Part shown: piece after piece, positions 28,263 to 42,637 of the stretch
Layout of the letters: the number at the start of each line of letters is the position of its first letter
Position numbering within the stretch: position 1 is the stretch's first letter
Assembly (NCBI RefSeq): GCF_036321535.1
Contig: NC_087436.1
Coordinates: 45,386,001 to 45,450,000 of the forward strand
Origin: Camelus dromedarius
Lineage: Eukaryota
Direction of reading: 5' to 3'
DNA length: 64,000 nt
Position numbers and translations under genes: made by a program
Notes under the pieces: generated by a model
The model's database searches: none
Seen by the model: the letters and a program-made list of their open reading frames with translations, nothing else
What the model was told of the DNA's origin: nothing

Positions 28263-31200
28263 CTGGATAATGACATCAGCATCATGGCAGCATGAGATGC
28301 TCCCTTTGTCCCTCCCATTCAATTTACAACCAGTAAAACATCCCTAACCCAACAACAGTGCCTCTGCCCACCACCCCAGGATGCTGGAGAATCCCACACA
28401 TCTTACATCTAAAGATGGGTGGATTGGAACACACAGAGGAGGCAGAACCAGGAAAACAGCTAAGGTGGTACCTGCAATCCTGGCCCCAGAGCCGCAGCAG
28501 GTGAGCCTGTAGCCCCAGAGAACCCAGTAGCAGTAGGAGGCAAGACAGCACACATGACTCTGGCCTCCCAACCACAGAGGCACCCATGGCCGCAGGGAAC
28601 TGGGTAACAGCAGCAGAGGGGCCTGTGACCCTGGTCTGTCCAGTCACAGAGGCACCTGTGAACCTGACAACCTCAGTCATAGCAGAGATGCTCATGACCC
28701 GGCTTCTCCCCTCCCCACATGGCTGCAGTGCCCATGACCCAGACGTGGTGGAGGCACCCACCATCCCAGTTCCCTGGGTGGCAGTGCCAGCAATCGCAGC
28801 AACACCAGCAGCAGCAAGACTCAAGCAACCCTGGGGGCACAAGCAGCAACAAGAGGGGCACAGAGTGACATGTCTGGCAGAGGAATTAGAGGGTGGAAAG
28901 TGCCTATTCTCAAATGTAGCCAACAGCAGCCCAGGTAAGAGAAACCAAAAATTTGTGCTATAGCCCCACCTACTGAAAAACAAAAGAAAGGTCTCTAATT
29001 ACCAGTTTGTTGAACTGTCAGAATCAAGTGAAAAAAGCTTTACCTAAGGATGAAAGATGTTTGCTACTTCAAACACGCCAGCAGAAGAACAACTCATCAA
29101 GCACCATGAAAAGCCACGAAAACACAGTATCACGAAAAGAAAATAACAGTTGTCCAGAAACCAAACTTTAAGTCACAGCGATAGCAGTCTAACTGATAGA
29201 GCACTTAAAATAGCTGTTGTGAGGAAACTCAGTGAGCTACGAGAAAACTCAGAAAGGCAGTTCAGTGAGCTCAAGAAAAAAAGTAAAGAACAGAAGAGAT
29301 CTCTTTGATCTCTTACCAAAGAGATCAAAACTCTAAAAAACAACCAAACAGAAATTCTGGAGCTGAAGAACTTATTAAATGAGATGAAGAATGCATTTGG
29401 AAATAGAGCAGACCTATGAAAGAGAGAATTAGTCAGCTCAATGTTAGAAAAACTGAAGAAATTCTACGAGAGCTATCCAACTCTTTTAGAAGGGCAAGAT
29501 TAGGGAATAGGTATCCCAGAAGAAGAGGGGAGGGTGAAAGGAGCAGAGAATTTATTTAAAGAAATAATAGCTGAGAAATTCCTAAAGCTGGGGAAGAAAC
29601 TGGATATACAAGTCTATGAAGCTAAGAGAACATGTAATTATTTCAATGCAAAAAGACCTTCTCCAAGACATACTATATTAAAACTGTCAAAAGTCAATGA
29701 CAAAGAAAAAAATTCAAAGGTAGACAGGGGTAAAAAGCTTACAAAAGAACTGCCTTTACACTACCAGCATATTTCTCTGAAACTCTACAGGTCAGGAGAG
29801 AGTGGGATGACCTACTCTAAATATTGAAAGATAAAAACTGTCAGCTAAGGATACTCCATCCAGCAGTTATCCTTCCAATGTTAAGGAGAAATAAAGCCTT
29901 TCCCAAACGAAAGCTGAGGCAGTTCATTACTACACAAAACTTTGAGTAAGGTGATAAGTAGACAGACAGAATTATAAAAATACAAATCTATGTATCAAAA
30001 TAGATTGTTAAATATAGCATAAAGTTTAAAGGAAAAAAAGCAGTAAAAATAATTATAGCTACTTCAATTTGGTAACAAAAGCACAACATAAACAGGGCTA
30101 ATTTGAGACAACAAGAACATACAAGGGGAAAAGGACAAGGATAGACTTGGTATAGGCAAATAAAGGTAAGAGGCTGTCAGTAGAAAAATGACTATTTTAT
30201 CTATGAGATATTTTATACAGACCTTATAGCAATAATAACATATAAATCTAGAGCAGAGACATGAAAAAAAGAAAAAAAACTGAGGAAAATTTTATAGAAA
30301 ATCACCAAACTAAAATGACAAACAAAAGCTCAAAGACTAAGAAACAATGGAGATATAGAGCAACCAGAAAACAAAAGGTAAAATGGCAGCACTAAGTCCT
30401 CCTGTATCAGTCATCACTTTAAATGTAAATGAATTGAATTCACCAACTGAAAGACACAGAGTGGCTGGATGGATTAAAAAACAAGACCCAATTTTATGCT
30501 GCCTCCAGAAGACTCATCTCAGCTCTACAGGTAAACATAGGCTCAATGTGAAGGGGTAGAAGGTGATATTCCAAGAAAGTGGCAGCCAAAAGAAGCACAT
30601 GTAGCCATACTCAGATCAGGAAAAACTAGACTCCAAACCGAAAAAGATAACAAGAGACAAGAATAGACATTATATAGTGATAAAAGGGACAATTCATCAA
30701 GAAGCCATGTAACTATAATATATATGTGCACCTAACATAGGAGCATCAAAATATATAAAGCAAATATTAACAGACCTAAAGAGAGAAATTGACAGTAACA
30801 TGATATTAGTAGGGGACTTCAACACCCCATTAAGTCAATGGATAGATTATCCAGACAGAAATTCATCAAGGAAACAACAACCTTAAATGAAACATTAGAC
30901 TAGATGGATTTAATAAATTTATACAGAACATTTTATTCAAATGCTGCAGAAAACACATTCTTCTCAAGTGTATATCGAATATTCCCAACAATAGCCCTTA
31001 TGTTAGAACACAAAACAAGTTTCAATAAATTTAAGAAAATTACAATTATATCGTGCATCTCTTCCAACCACAATGGTATGAAAATAGAAATCAATTACAA
31101 GAAGAAAGCTGGAGAAAAATCACAACAATATGAGACTAAACAGCATGCTTCTGAACAACTAATGGCTCAATAAAAAATCAAAGGAGAAATTTTCAAAAAC

Positions 31201-33618
31201 TTGAAAACAAATGAAAATGAAAATATGACATACCAAAATCTATAGGATGCAGCAAAAGCAGTCCTAAGAGGGATGTTTATATACAGCAATACAGACCTAC
31301 CTCAAAAAAAAAAAAAAAACCACACAAGAAAAATTTCAAATAAACAATGTAACCTTACACCTAAAGGAACTAGAAGAAGAAAAATAAACGCTAATGTCAG
31401 TAGAAAGAAGATAAAGATCAGAGCAGAAATAAATGGAGACTTAAATGACAATGAAAATATCAATGAAACTAAGAGCTGGTTCATTGGAAAGATAATCAAA
31501 ACTGACAAACCTTTAGCTGGATTCACTAAGAAAAAAAGAGAGAAGGTTCAATTAAAAGAAGAAATTAAAAAGAAGAAATTACAACAGATACCATAGAAAT
31601 ACAAAGGATTATAAGAGAATGCCATGAATATTGGACAAATTGGACAACTTAGAAGAAATGAATAAATTCTGAGAATCATATGACCTTTCAATACTGAATC
31701 CTGAAAAAATAGAAAATCTCAATAAAATGATGACTAGTAAGGAGATTGAAACAGTAATCAAAAATCTCCCCAAAAACAAAATCTAGGGCCAGATTAGCAG
31801 AAAGATAAATTAGGAAAGCAATCCCATTTACAATCACAACAAAGAGAATAAAATTTTGCCAAAGAGGTGAAATACCTGTACACTGAAAACTTTTAGACAG
31901 TGTTGAAAGAAACTGAGGAAGACACAAATAGATGGAAAGGTATCTTGTACTCATGAATTGGAAGAATCAATATTGTTAAAATGTCCATACTACCTAAAGC
32001 AGTCTATACATTCAGAGCAACCCCTATCAAAATTCCAACGACATATTTCACAAAACTTGAACCAAAAATTCTAAAATTTGTATAGAACCACACACAAAAG
32101 ACTCCAAATAGCCAAAGCCATCCTGGGAAAAAAGAACAAAGCTGGAGATATTATAACTCCCTGATTTCAATGTATACTAAAAACCTATAGTAATCAAAAC
32201 AGCATACTTTTGGCAGAAAAACAGACACACGGATCAATGGAACAGAATTGAGAGTCTAAAAATAAACCCATGCATATATGGTCAATTAATTTACAACAAA
32301 GGAGCAAAAGAATGTACAATGGAGAAAGAATAGTCTCTTCAATAAATGGTGTTGAAAAAACTGACAGCGACATGCAAAAGGAAGATTCAAGATTACTGTC
32401 TTACACTACACAGAAAAATTAACTCTAAATGGATTGGAGACTTGAATGTGGACCTGAAACTGTGAGACTCCTAGAAGAAAACATAGGCAGTACACTTTGT
32501 GGCATCAGTCTTAGCAATATCTTTCTGTATCTGTCTCCTCAGGTAAGGAAACAAAAGCAAAAATAAACAAATGGGATTACATCAAACTAAAAATTCTGCA
32601 CAGCAAAGAAAATCATCAACTAGAAATGAAAACAACCTGCTGAATGAGAGAAGATATTTGTAAACCATTTAGCCAGTAAGGGGTTAATATTCAACATATA
32701 TGAAGAACTCATGCAATTCAACAACAAAAGACCAAACAACCTGTTTAAAAAATAAGCAGAGAATTTTAATAGACATTTTTCCAAAGAAGACATATAGTTG
32801 GCCAACAGACACATGAAAAGCTGTTGAACTAATTATTAGGGAAATGCAAATCAAAACCACAGAGAGATAACATCTCATACCCATGCCATCTTATGGCTGT
32901 CATTAAAAAGGCAAGAAATAACAAATTTTGGCAAGGATGTAGAGAAAAGGGAACCCTCATGCACTGTTGGTGGGAATGTAAATTGGTGCAACCCCAATGA
33001 AGAACAGTATGGAGATTCCTTAAAAAATTAAGAATAAAACTACCAAATGATACAGCTATTCCACTCTGGGTATTTGGAGAATGAAAACATGAAACCACTA
33101 ATTCAAAAAGACATATGCACCCCTATGTTCACTGCAGCATTATTTACAATAGCCAAGATACAGAAGCAATCAAGTGCCTATAGACAGATGAATGGATGAA
33201 GACCATGTGATATATACATATGTAACAAAATACTAATTTTACCCAAAAAAAGGTGAAATCTTGCCATTTGCAACAACATGAGCATGGATGGACCTTGAGG
33301 GTATTATGCTAAGTGAAGCGAATCAGATGGAGAAAGACAAGTACCACATGACTGCACTCATATGTGGAATATTTTAAATAAACAGACATTCAAGCAGAAC
33401 AAAAACAAGCCCATAGATACAGAGAACAAATCTGTGGTTACTAGAGGGGAAAGGGGTGGGGAGGGGGGGTAGCATAAAATGAGTTAAAGGGTCAACTGTT
33501 AAGGTGACAGATTGAAACTAAACTTCTGGTGGCGAGCACACTGTAATGTATACAGAAGTTAAAATACAGTGTTGTACATAGAAACTCATTGCAAGCCAAT
33601 GTAACTGCAACTAAAAAA
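28263..33618 (+). mobile_element. Near full-length degenerate L1 (5'UTR, ORF1, EN, 3' end) with RT core deleted, inserted into an older L1ME
   Basis: ORF1 remnants (LFKEIIAEKF..RPSPRH, 29534-29827); EN remnants (MDLINLYRTFY, 30904); 3'UTR and A tail; TSD aaaata(c/g)aaagtt at 28250-28262 and 33619-33631. Confidence 0.92.
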
Positions 33619-34239
33619 AAAATAGAAAGTTTTCTGTGTGTCATAAAAAAACATAAAGATAGGTCAAAATACAATAAACGGGGAAATATCTGCAACATGT
33701 ATCACAAGGGCTAATTTCCTTAATATATGAAGAATTTCTGTGAATCACTGAGACCAATGATCCACTAGAAACACAGACAAAACTTGGGTAGACAGTTCAC
33801 AACTTACAAATGGCTTTTAAATATTCAAAAATGTGTAATCTCATTCATAATTAGAGCCAGTACAAATAAAACTGTAATAAAATACCATTTTCACCTATCA
33901 AATTGTATTACCTTTTCAAAACTTTCAAAATTTTTTAAGAAAAAAAATTCCCCCCCAAAATACAAGAAATTATAATGGCATAAAGTAATAAAATGTTTGT
34001 CATGCAGATAAATGTAAAATCCAAATGCACCAAGTAGAGATATTCTCAGTATGATCCCTTTCAAGTAAAAATGTTTTTCAGTAACGTCACAAAATCCAAA
34101 CAGTTTTATAATGCAATATGTTTACAAAAAATAAATAAAAGTAAAACAAACAAAACAAAAGCATATACTGGGATTTTAGACTTCCATTACAGGAATATGT
34201 GATCCTGCTTAATGGAAATAAGGATTCTTCACATTGTAA

Positions 34240-34450
34240 ATATAAGACAGGCTTTAGATTCATGCATAGCTAAATTTCAGTCCTTCCTGTCGAATGATTA
34301 GGGTCAAGTAATTTAACATCTCTGATCTTTCACTTCCCTATCAGTAAAATGAGGTAGCAATAATCCATTCTCAAAGTTTGGGAGAACTAAAGAGATAACA
34401 TGTAAAACACCTTAGCATGGTTCCTGGCCCAGAATCTGTTCTTAATTAAC
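34240..34450 (+). mobile_element. MIR SINE
   Basis: gtcaagtaatttaacatctctg...cagtaaaatgagg...gagataacatgtaaaacaccttagcatggttcctggc. Confidence 0.75.
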
Positions 34451-35114
34451 GTCAATTCTCCTTCTCTTTCCCCTCCTCTCTCCTAGCCACTTCCCCTTCC
34501 CTTCACATCAGAACACTTCTCCATGACAGTATTATACTGGCCTGAGCAGTTGGTGGAAAATACTTAATTATCAAGAGGGATAATGGGGGAGTCCATAGCA
34601 GAGTTAATTAAAGCTATGGAGTTTAAAACAGCTTGAGGCAGCCCTAGCGGAGCTTGGGAATAAAAGTACGATAGAAAGAGCTGGAGTTCTAAGTAGAAAG
34701 AAGGGAAAAGCATCCAAGAGAAGCAATGCTGGGCAAGCAAATGGAGCTGGTAGCCTCAGATCAGCTGCAGGAACTTGCAAAAAGTATTCACATCCACAGC
34801 ATATTTTCAGAAATGTCTCCTTGGCTAGTAGGAGGAGCCTGAGAGGCAGATTGAGAATTTGAAGATTTCAAAATGCTACATAAAGGGTAGGATCACAGCA
34901 CCAATGTGGGAGTCCTCTTTGCACCAGTTTCCCCATGTGCGAGAGGGTGGCACTTGGGAGGTACGTGGGAAATAGCAGGTCAGGGGATGTAGTCAGCTGC
35001 CTGACAGGCTGTGGAACAGGAACTGCAGAAAATGAGGAGTCATTTGGGGACAAGTTTGAAAATTTTGAGAACTTTATTTATGTGCTTCCCTTCCCAATGG
35101 GAAGAGATCATTCT

Positions 35115-35330
35115 CAAGTTGTAATGGAAAGAACATGGACTTTGGAGTCACGCCAGGATTCAAATCCTGGCTCTGCTCTCTTCTATCTATGTGACCTTAA
35201 GCATGTTTATTAACCTCTCTCTTAACTTCATTTCCATCCTGTAAAATGGGGGAAAGAGCAACACTGTTTTCACTGAGTTGTATGAGCAGAATGCCCAGCA
35301 CCATGTAGGCACTTAACAATCAGTCTTTTT
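35115..35330 (+). mobile_element. MIR SINE
   Basis: ggactttggagtca...ttcaaatcctggctctgc...tgtgaccttaagca...ctgtaaaatggggg. Confidence 0.85.
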
Positions 35331-35471
35331 AATTTCTGTTAAGTGCTCATGTTTTCCTCTCCTGTTTACAAATAACAGATTTGTTATTTTAATGTCAATG
35401 TAACTAAATTCAATAAATATGAAGAAGGAGTATCTCTATGGTGGTCACCAGGATATTAATATCCTCAAGAG

Positions 35472-35677
35472 CACGATTTCTCAGCAGTAGTACTGGTGAC
35501 ATTTTTGGAGGGATCTTTTTTAGTGGGGCTGTCCCGTGCATTACAGGATGTTTAGCAGCATCCCTTGTCTCTATAAAGTAGATTCCAGTAGCATCCCCCA
35601 GTTATAATGACTGAAAGTGTTCAAGATACTACCAAATGTCTCCTCGGGGAATAATTGCCCCCAGTTGAGAACCACTG
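35472..35677 (+). mobile_element. MER20 hAT DNA transposon
   Basis: ggggctgtcccgtgcattacaggatgtttagcagcatccc...gcccccagttgagaaccactg. Confidence 0.88.
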
Positions 35678-38600
35678 TTCTAGGGCACTTTTCTTGGGAC
35701 AAAAGGGAAGATAGGAAATGATTCCATCAAGGACAGGGCAGTGTCAGAGATGTGGAATTAGCTACAAGTAAGTTTTTCAATAGTACAGTATAGCACTGGT
35801 TTTCATTTAAGCTGATATTTACTCAGTAGTAAGCTAATACTAGGGACGAACTAGATGCATGTTCAGTTCAGCATAGAGCTTAAAAGATAATGCATCTTAG
35901 ATAAGATAGCAAAATGACCCTTTTATAGGAGGCTCATTTAATTATCAGCTAAAAGCAAAGTTACCTGAAACGTTAGAAGATATTCTACGCTCATAACTAG
36001 AAATTTTAGTAGTTTGGTGCACCTGAGCCAAAACCAGGAAATAGATACAGATAGGACTTCTAATAGTACGGAGGACATTTTCTCAACTCTTAGGAGTTCT
36101 GGTGAGCAGAGTTCCAGGATGGCCCTATGTTTCACCTGATATACAGCATAATGTAAGGATGAGCTGAGAGCCTCTCACCTTACTCCAAAAGGACGTTGCC
36201 TCAGACTTATAGGAATTCTCCTGCTCATCATTGAAATGTAGATTCCTCTAGGGTAGAAACTAGCAGCTGTTTCAGCATCATCAGTGTGTTATGCTGGGAT
36301 TTAGAATAGAAAGCAAAGAGCAATGCTTCCCATGAAGTACACAGAGATCACTCAGGAAGCTGATAACCGGGGGCTCTCAGACAGTGGGCTCTGCACAGAA
36401 CCCACCCTGAGCAGTGTGACCTAGAGAACCAGAGTTAGCCATCAAATGCCATGTTTTCTTTTTCAAACAACCTCATCAAAGTCTTCATTTAAAATCTTAC
36501 GGAAAGATTTGTGCTAGAAATAAATACTATGTGATGAGGACTTTGAGTGTCAGACTCTAAGTCATTTATCTCTTCCACAAATACCTTCCATAAAAAATTT
36601 TGTGGAAAAAAATTCCACCAATTAGCACTTTTTTGTTAGGTACTCTCTAGGTGTTAGAAATAACAGTGATCAAGAAAGTTGGGTTTCTCCCCATTTTTAT
36701 GTGGGGAAGCATGTAGGAACTGGCTTCAGGCAAAAATAGGGAAGTAAAATTTTTGTGTCTTTCTAGTCTTCCCCATCCTTGTACTATAGGGTGTGGCATC
36801 AGTAGCAAGGCCCTAGGTAAACAGTTAAAGCACAAATTCTGAGATCTGGCTTCAAATATGAGTTATAAAAAAAAAGAGTACCTAATTTCTCAGCATCCAA
36901 TTTCCTCTTCTGTAAAGTGGGGGGAAATAATAATATCTGTATTGTAGGATTGGTAAGGGGATTGAATAATAAAATATATACAATTATTAAGCACAAAGAA
37001 AATGTACAATCAGTAGTAGCCAAAGTAGCCATAACAACAACCATACATTCATCCAGGACTTGGTGCCTCATGTCATCTTTTGTATGACCAAGTTCCCAAA
37101 GTGTCACTAGCATCCTTCACCCAGACATGCCTTTTAAATCAGATTCCCCCAGCCTCTCTGAGCTTGCACTTCAGATCACTTAAATTCTCTCACTCAGATT
37201 CTAGTACTGTTTCTTGCTTTCCCAGGGTTAGAACTGTTGGGAATGAGAGGAGGCTAGAGGGTTCTGTAATTTGGGAGTTGCAGTGGATCTGTATTCTACT
37301 CTTACTACACTGGACCAAAAACTCCCTCAAACTAACACATATGAAATCATGATATTAGGGAAAGCACAGACATCGTGAAAAGCAGAGTTTTTATGAAATT
37401 TAATAACACTTCAGGACTCAACAGACATTCTAAACTGTAAAGCTAGACACAGAAGAACCCTTCCCCAGGTAGTGGGTTTTATTTGCAGGGTGGTGGCGGG
37501 GTGGTAGAAGCACCTGCTACAGTAGCATCATAGACCAGCAATTGCTAAGTGAGGCTGGCCCAGTGATAGCAAAGACCTTTCTTTCAGCCAGAACACAGAG
37601 GTGGTGGACCATGAATGCTAGAGGTGGATGCTAGTTAGTTATGTTGACTTTGCAGATGTAGTACCCAAAAATGTCATATTATTTTGTGGATTTAGCCCAC
37701 CTTGGGGAAAAGTTGGTTTAATTTATATGGAGAGCAGATGGGTTTTATTGTGAATGCCAGTCAGATCATGTGCTAGTGGACACCTGGGGCAGTGTATGGG
37801 GACAGTTACAGGAGGCTGCATACAGACCAGTGAGAAGAGTGCCCAGGTGGACTCTCGATGATTGCAATGAGCAGATGGGCAAAGAAGGAAGGAGTATCTG
37901 CTTAATGCGACAAGTTCATATCGCAGATTTAGGTTGAGTCTTCGTGTTTTTCCTCATTAGATAAAAAGTAGATTTTAGAGTCTAAGGGAGTTTATTCAAT
38001 AGGTAAATCAAAAAAATGACCTCCAAACTTTTTTTTTCCATTTTTGTTCTACGTATAGAGTAACTGTTACATTCTGGACACCATTCTGGATGCTGGGGGA
38101 AAGAAGACTAGAATAGACATGGCCTCTATCCTCACATGGGTTAGAAGAAGAGCTAGGCCTCAAATAATGATCCAAATAAACAGAATTGCAAACAGAAATA
38201 CATGTTCAAAAAATTTCAGGAAATTATGAGTGGAGAACAAGGGAGCTTAACACTTGCTAAGAGACTAGTTTGGAAAATATGGTTCATGGCTCTTCCCTAG
38301 GGGGGCATTTTGCTGTTCTTTGTGACAAGTAGAAACATTTTCATTTAATTAAAAAATATTTATTGAAAGCCAAGTGTTGAGTTAGATGTTGAAGATACGA
38401 AAATTAAAAAGACATTGTCATTTTCCATACTCACTCCCTCAGTGATCTCTTCCAATCACAAGGCAATGAATACCATCTATAAATCAATGACTCTCAAAAG
38501 TATATTTCCACCTGGGATCTTTTCAGTTGCCTTCACAGCTTGCGCACCTGCATTTTTAGTAGAGAACTGGCTTTTCTCTCCCCACCTACTTCTCCCTCAG

Positions 38601-38746
38601 TCTTCTCAACCTTGGTGGTAATGCCATCCATCGTTTTCCTCAGGCCAAAACACAGATAGTCATCCTTAACCTTTTTCTCTTACAACCCATATCCGGTTCA
38701 TCGACAGAGTCTGTCATCCTTACATTCAAAATACTTACAGAATCCA

Positions 38747-39041
38747 AAGACACAAATGAAGTTATTTACAAAGCTGAAACAGACTCACAGACAAAGAAAA
38801 CAAACTTACGGTTACCACGGGGGCAGGGGAGCGGGAAGGGAGGAACTGGGAGTTTGAGATTTGCAGATACTCCTGTATATAAAATGTACAACGAATTTCT
38901 TCTGTATAGCACAATATCTTGTAGTAACCTAAAATGAAAAAGAATTTGAAAAGGAATATAGTATGTGTGTGTATGACTGAACTATTATGCTGTACACCAA
39001 AATTGACACAACATTGTAAACTGACTATACTTCAGTTAAAA
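38747..39041 (+). mobile_element. 5'-truncated L1 3' end with a 19-bp perfect TSD
   Basis: TSD aaaatacttacagaatcca at 38728-38746 and 39042-39060; artiodactyl-type L1 3'UTR in between. Confidence 0.93.
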
Positions 39042-39611
39042 AAAATACTTACAGAATCCATCCATCTCTCATCACCTGCACTTGCAGATACCCTGTGTGG
39101 CCATTATTGCTCACTTGGACTATTACCACGGCTTCCTAACTGGTCTTCTACCTTCCCTTTGTGCTCCCCTTCTATCTATTCTCAACACAATACCCAGAGA
39201 GATCCCTTTAAAATATAATTCAGGCCAAAATGTAAGTCAGAGTTCTTACTATATCCTTAAGTCTGCCTGAGCCAGCCTCCCCTTTGTTTTTCTCTTTGTT
39301 TATACTCTCTAGTCATACCAGCCTCCTTCTTGTTATCCAAACATCAGGCATGTTCTCACTTCAGGGCCTGGGCACTTGCTGTTCCTTCTCGCAAGAATAA
39401 TCTCTGTCTATATTTCAAACACCTCACTCACTTACCTCTCTCAGGTCTGCTCAAATGTCATCTATTCAGGAAACTTTATTCCTGGGGCACTCTATCTAAA
39501 ATTTCAACTCCCCTTCCCCTATCACTTTTAATTCCTATTCCTTGATTTATTTTTTTCTCAAATACACTATATATCTTTATTTTTTAAATCTTGATTATTG
39601 TCTGTCTCCCC

Positions 39612-39830
39612 TGGCTGCATATGACTTCCATGGACCCTAGGCATTTTTTGCTTTCATGAGCCCCTTCTTGCACAAAAAAAAAATCGAACATTGACTCTAT
39701 TGGTATAAAGAAATATAAACCAGGCTCAATTCATTATTTTTTTCTTCTGATTTTAAAGAACTTAAAACTAAAACAATTGTGTGAGTCCTAGGCACTGTGC
39801 TTATTCTTCCTAATGGAAAAGTCAGCCCTA
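39612..39830. mobile_element. MER96B-like hAT DNA transposon
   Basis: ggaccctaggcattttttgc...ttggtataaaga...cctaggcactgtgc...aagtcagcccta; 8-bp TSD gtctcccc at 39604-39611 and 39831-39838. Confidence 0.82.
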
Positions 39831-42637
39831 GTCTCCCCAACTAGAATGTAAACACCTTAAGAGCAGAGATGTTTGTCAGTATTGCTCACTGCTGTGTCCC
39901 GACCCCCTCAAGCAGTGCCTGGCACATAGTAGACACTCAATAAATATTTGTTGAATGAATTAATGCATGACCTTGGGATGCCTGGGCTTATGGGGAATAT
40001 GCCCTGCACATTCGTACCTTTCAACAGCATCAAACCATGGTTCATTCATCTTAAAGCATGAAGGCCTTAACAACACCAGTAAGTGGCTTTGCAAGAAACT
40101 GCCATATTTTACTGATTTTTCACCAAGCACAGAGCCAGCTGAGAGTGCAAGCCTTCAGGGAAAGTGCATCATGTCCTGCACTGTATAAATTTGATACAAC
40201 CCTGAGGCTTCCCAGTCTTGTAAATAACATAAATTGCTTTAATCCAAGTGATATGAGAGTCAGTGGCATTCACTAGAATTTGATAATGGATATCATGAGG
40301 ACTGTTTCTTCAAGATGCCCCTCTCGGTCGTAGACATCTTACTCTGAACCCTTGAAACTACAAATAGAGCTTTGGTAGCTCAGCAAGTGTTGACAAGTGT
40401 TGGTACATCGGAACTGGCCTGCAGACATCTTAGGGAGACTATTTCCTGAGTTCTGCTGACCCTGTTGCCAAGTGTACTCTGCTTCACAAAGTTTCATTTT
40501 AGAAGATGCTCTCTTAAATGTCTGCAACATGAAGTGAAGCTGCGTCATCAACTAAGGCTTCTAAAAACATCCACTGTGTTCAACTGGGAAACGTCTTTGA
40601 AAGGTTTCATTTGAAACTACACATATAAGGCAATTCTGCAATGTGTCCCCGAGGAGATCTCTAAAATCAGAGAGGTTCTGAGGTTGACAGACCAATAGCC
40701 AGCAATGTCCTCTAAAAGTTATACATTAGATTTGGTAAATAAAAATCCTTTCACCTCCAAAGTGACCAGTTTACCTGGTATGTTTATTTTGGATGGTGTT
40801 TATGTATTCTATAAAATATGAGATACTCAGCACATTTCTTTTGTTTCAAACTCTCACTTTGTTATGTAGCAGGGGTCTCAGTCTAACTTATTCTGTGCTT
40901 CTGTACCTAATTTCAGGTGGAGTAAGCCATCATGAGTCTATTTATATGAGGAGCCAAGGCCCTCCTGAAAGATAACTAATTTTTTAGGTAAGAAAGCATC
41001 AAGGCTCACAAGTTTCAAGAACAATGAGGATGTTTCTAAAGAAAGAAAGGAACTGAAATTGAACACATTTGTCATATGTTTATTTTCTGCTCCCACACTG
41101 TCGACAAGAACATAAGTTCATCTATTTTGTTCACGGATGTGTCCTTAAAATCTAAAACAATATGAGTACATTGTAGGTGCTCAGTAAATATTTGTTGAAT
41201 AACTGAATCAATTGCACTTCTGTCCAATCCCCACAGATTTCTCTGAATCTTAGCATGAGGGAGCTACAAAAAAGAAAACATTAGAACTGTTGAGCAAACT
41301 ATCTGAAGTGACAACACAGCTGCTGATTTGGAGATAGAAGTGTGAATAGTGGCCAGAGACAGGGCTGTCGGCCTCAAAGGATAGCACCCTTACACCAGCA
41401 TGAAGGCTCTTGACATCAAGTGTGGAAGACATAAGTAAAAGTAATAGTTGACATTGGAGGTCATGCCCTCAGTGGCCATTGGCAGGAGGTCTGCTGTGTT
41501 TAATAGTAATGAGGGCCATCACCCCTCAAGAAGCAGATCTGAGATGAGCAAAAAACTGGATCCCACAAAGTAGCCAAGAAAACTAGCCCATGATTCGTGG
41601 ACCCCAGGCACAAAAATTCATTACACTTTGAGGTAGCCACTCTAAAGCACCAGGTGCTGTTTTGAATTGGCTGTTGAACTTAAAAGTTGATGTGCCCTGC
41701 CTGCAGCCACTCATCTTTGTTTTTTAAACAGGATTCTAATCTTGGCGATAGAAGATATTTTATAATGAGTGCTGATAACATCGATGGGAAACAAGCAAGT
41801 TTCAACACTATTCTTTGAGACAGAATTACTCTGGGCTATCCCTGCACTGTGACACTACTTCACATAGTGTCAGGAACTCAAAAGGAGCCAAATTAAACCA
41901 TAATATGTTTTCATTTGTAAGCCCGCCTGAAGTATTATACTTCTCAAGTAATGTTTTAACAAGGACTATCTGGAAACAATATCTATTTCTTTATTGTTTA
42001 ATCCCAAAGACAAATTTGAGAAAGAAATGAGCAGCCGGTCAGGAGTGGACTACTGCTTAGTGATGAGCAGTTTGGGGAGGGACTCTCAAATAGGAACACG
42101 TAAGTATTGCTCGCAGCACACCACTTGACCTGTCTGTTGGGGGTAGTCCTTGGATTATAATCACTAATGTCTTTCTCTCCGCTTCCTGATATGACCAAAT
42201 TTAGCCATGAATAAATCCAGTTAGGATTTGAGAACAACACAATGACCCTCCTTCTTATTGAGAGACTGAATCCTTAAGAACTAGTCTTGAACTAGTGCCA
42301 AATGCACAGGTCTTGGGATAAGAAGAGCAACCAGGACCTGGAGAAGTCACCCAAAAGGAGGCTGACACCTAGAGTGGTGTCCCTTTCATGAACCCTTAAC
42401 TTACCTTTGGAGATGAGAGGTCAATCTGGAGGACTGAAAACAACATGAAGAAAACAACAACAAGAAGACACAAGACATGGGAAGACTGTGACACAGAAAC
42501 CAAAGGATGCATGTGTTTTGAGAAAGAAACTACCAACAGTGTAGAATGTACTGAGAAGTCAAATGAGGTGAGGTCTTAAATAGCCCAGTAAATTTAGCGA
42601 TATGGAGGTCCTGAGAAATAGAGAGAGGACAAGTCAG

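Larger units (their letters stand above)
38415..39965 (+). mobile_element. L2 LINE 3' region, interrupted by L1 and MER96B insertions
   Basis: Ends cagtgcctggcacatagtagacactcaataaatatttgttgaatgaat, the L2 3' terminus. Confidence 0.85.

Noticed and set aside
28324..28983. 219-aa minus-strand ORF and overlapping ORFs
   Set aside because: Lie in the GC-rich, internally repetitive L1 5'UTR; low-complexity translation with no recognisable domain
37620..37930. Possible CR1/L3 RT remnant
   Set aside because: Only faint resemblance; too degenerate to support without an HMM search
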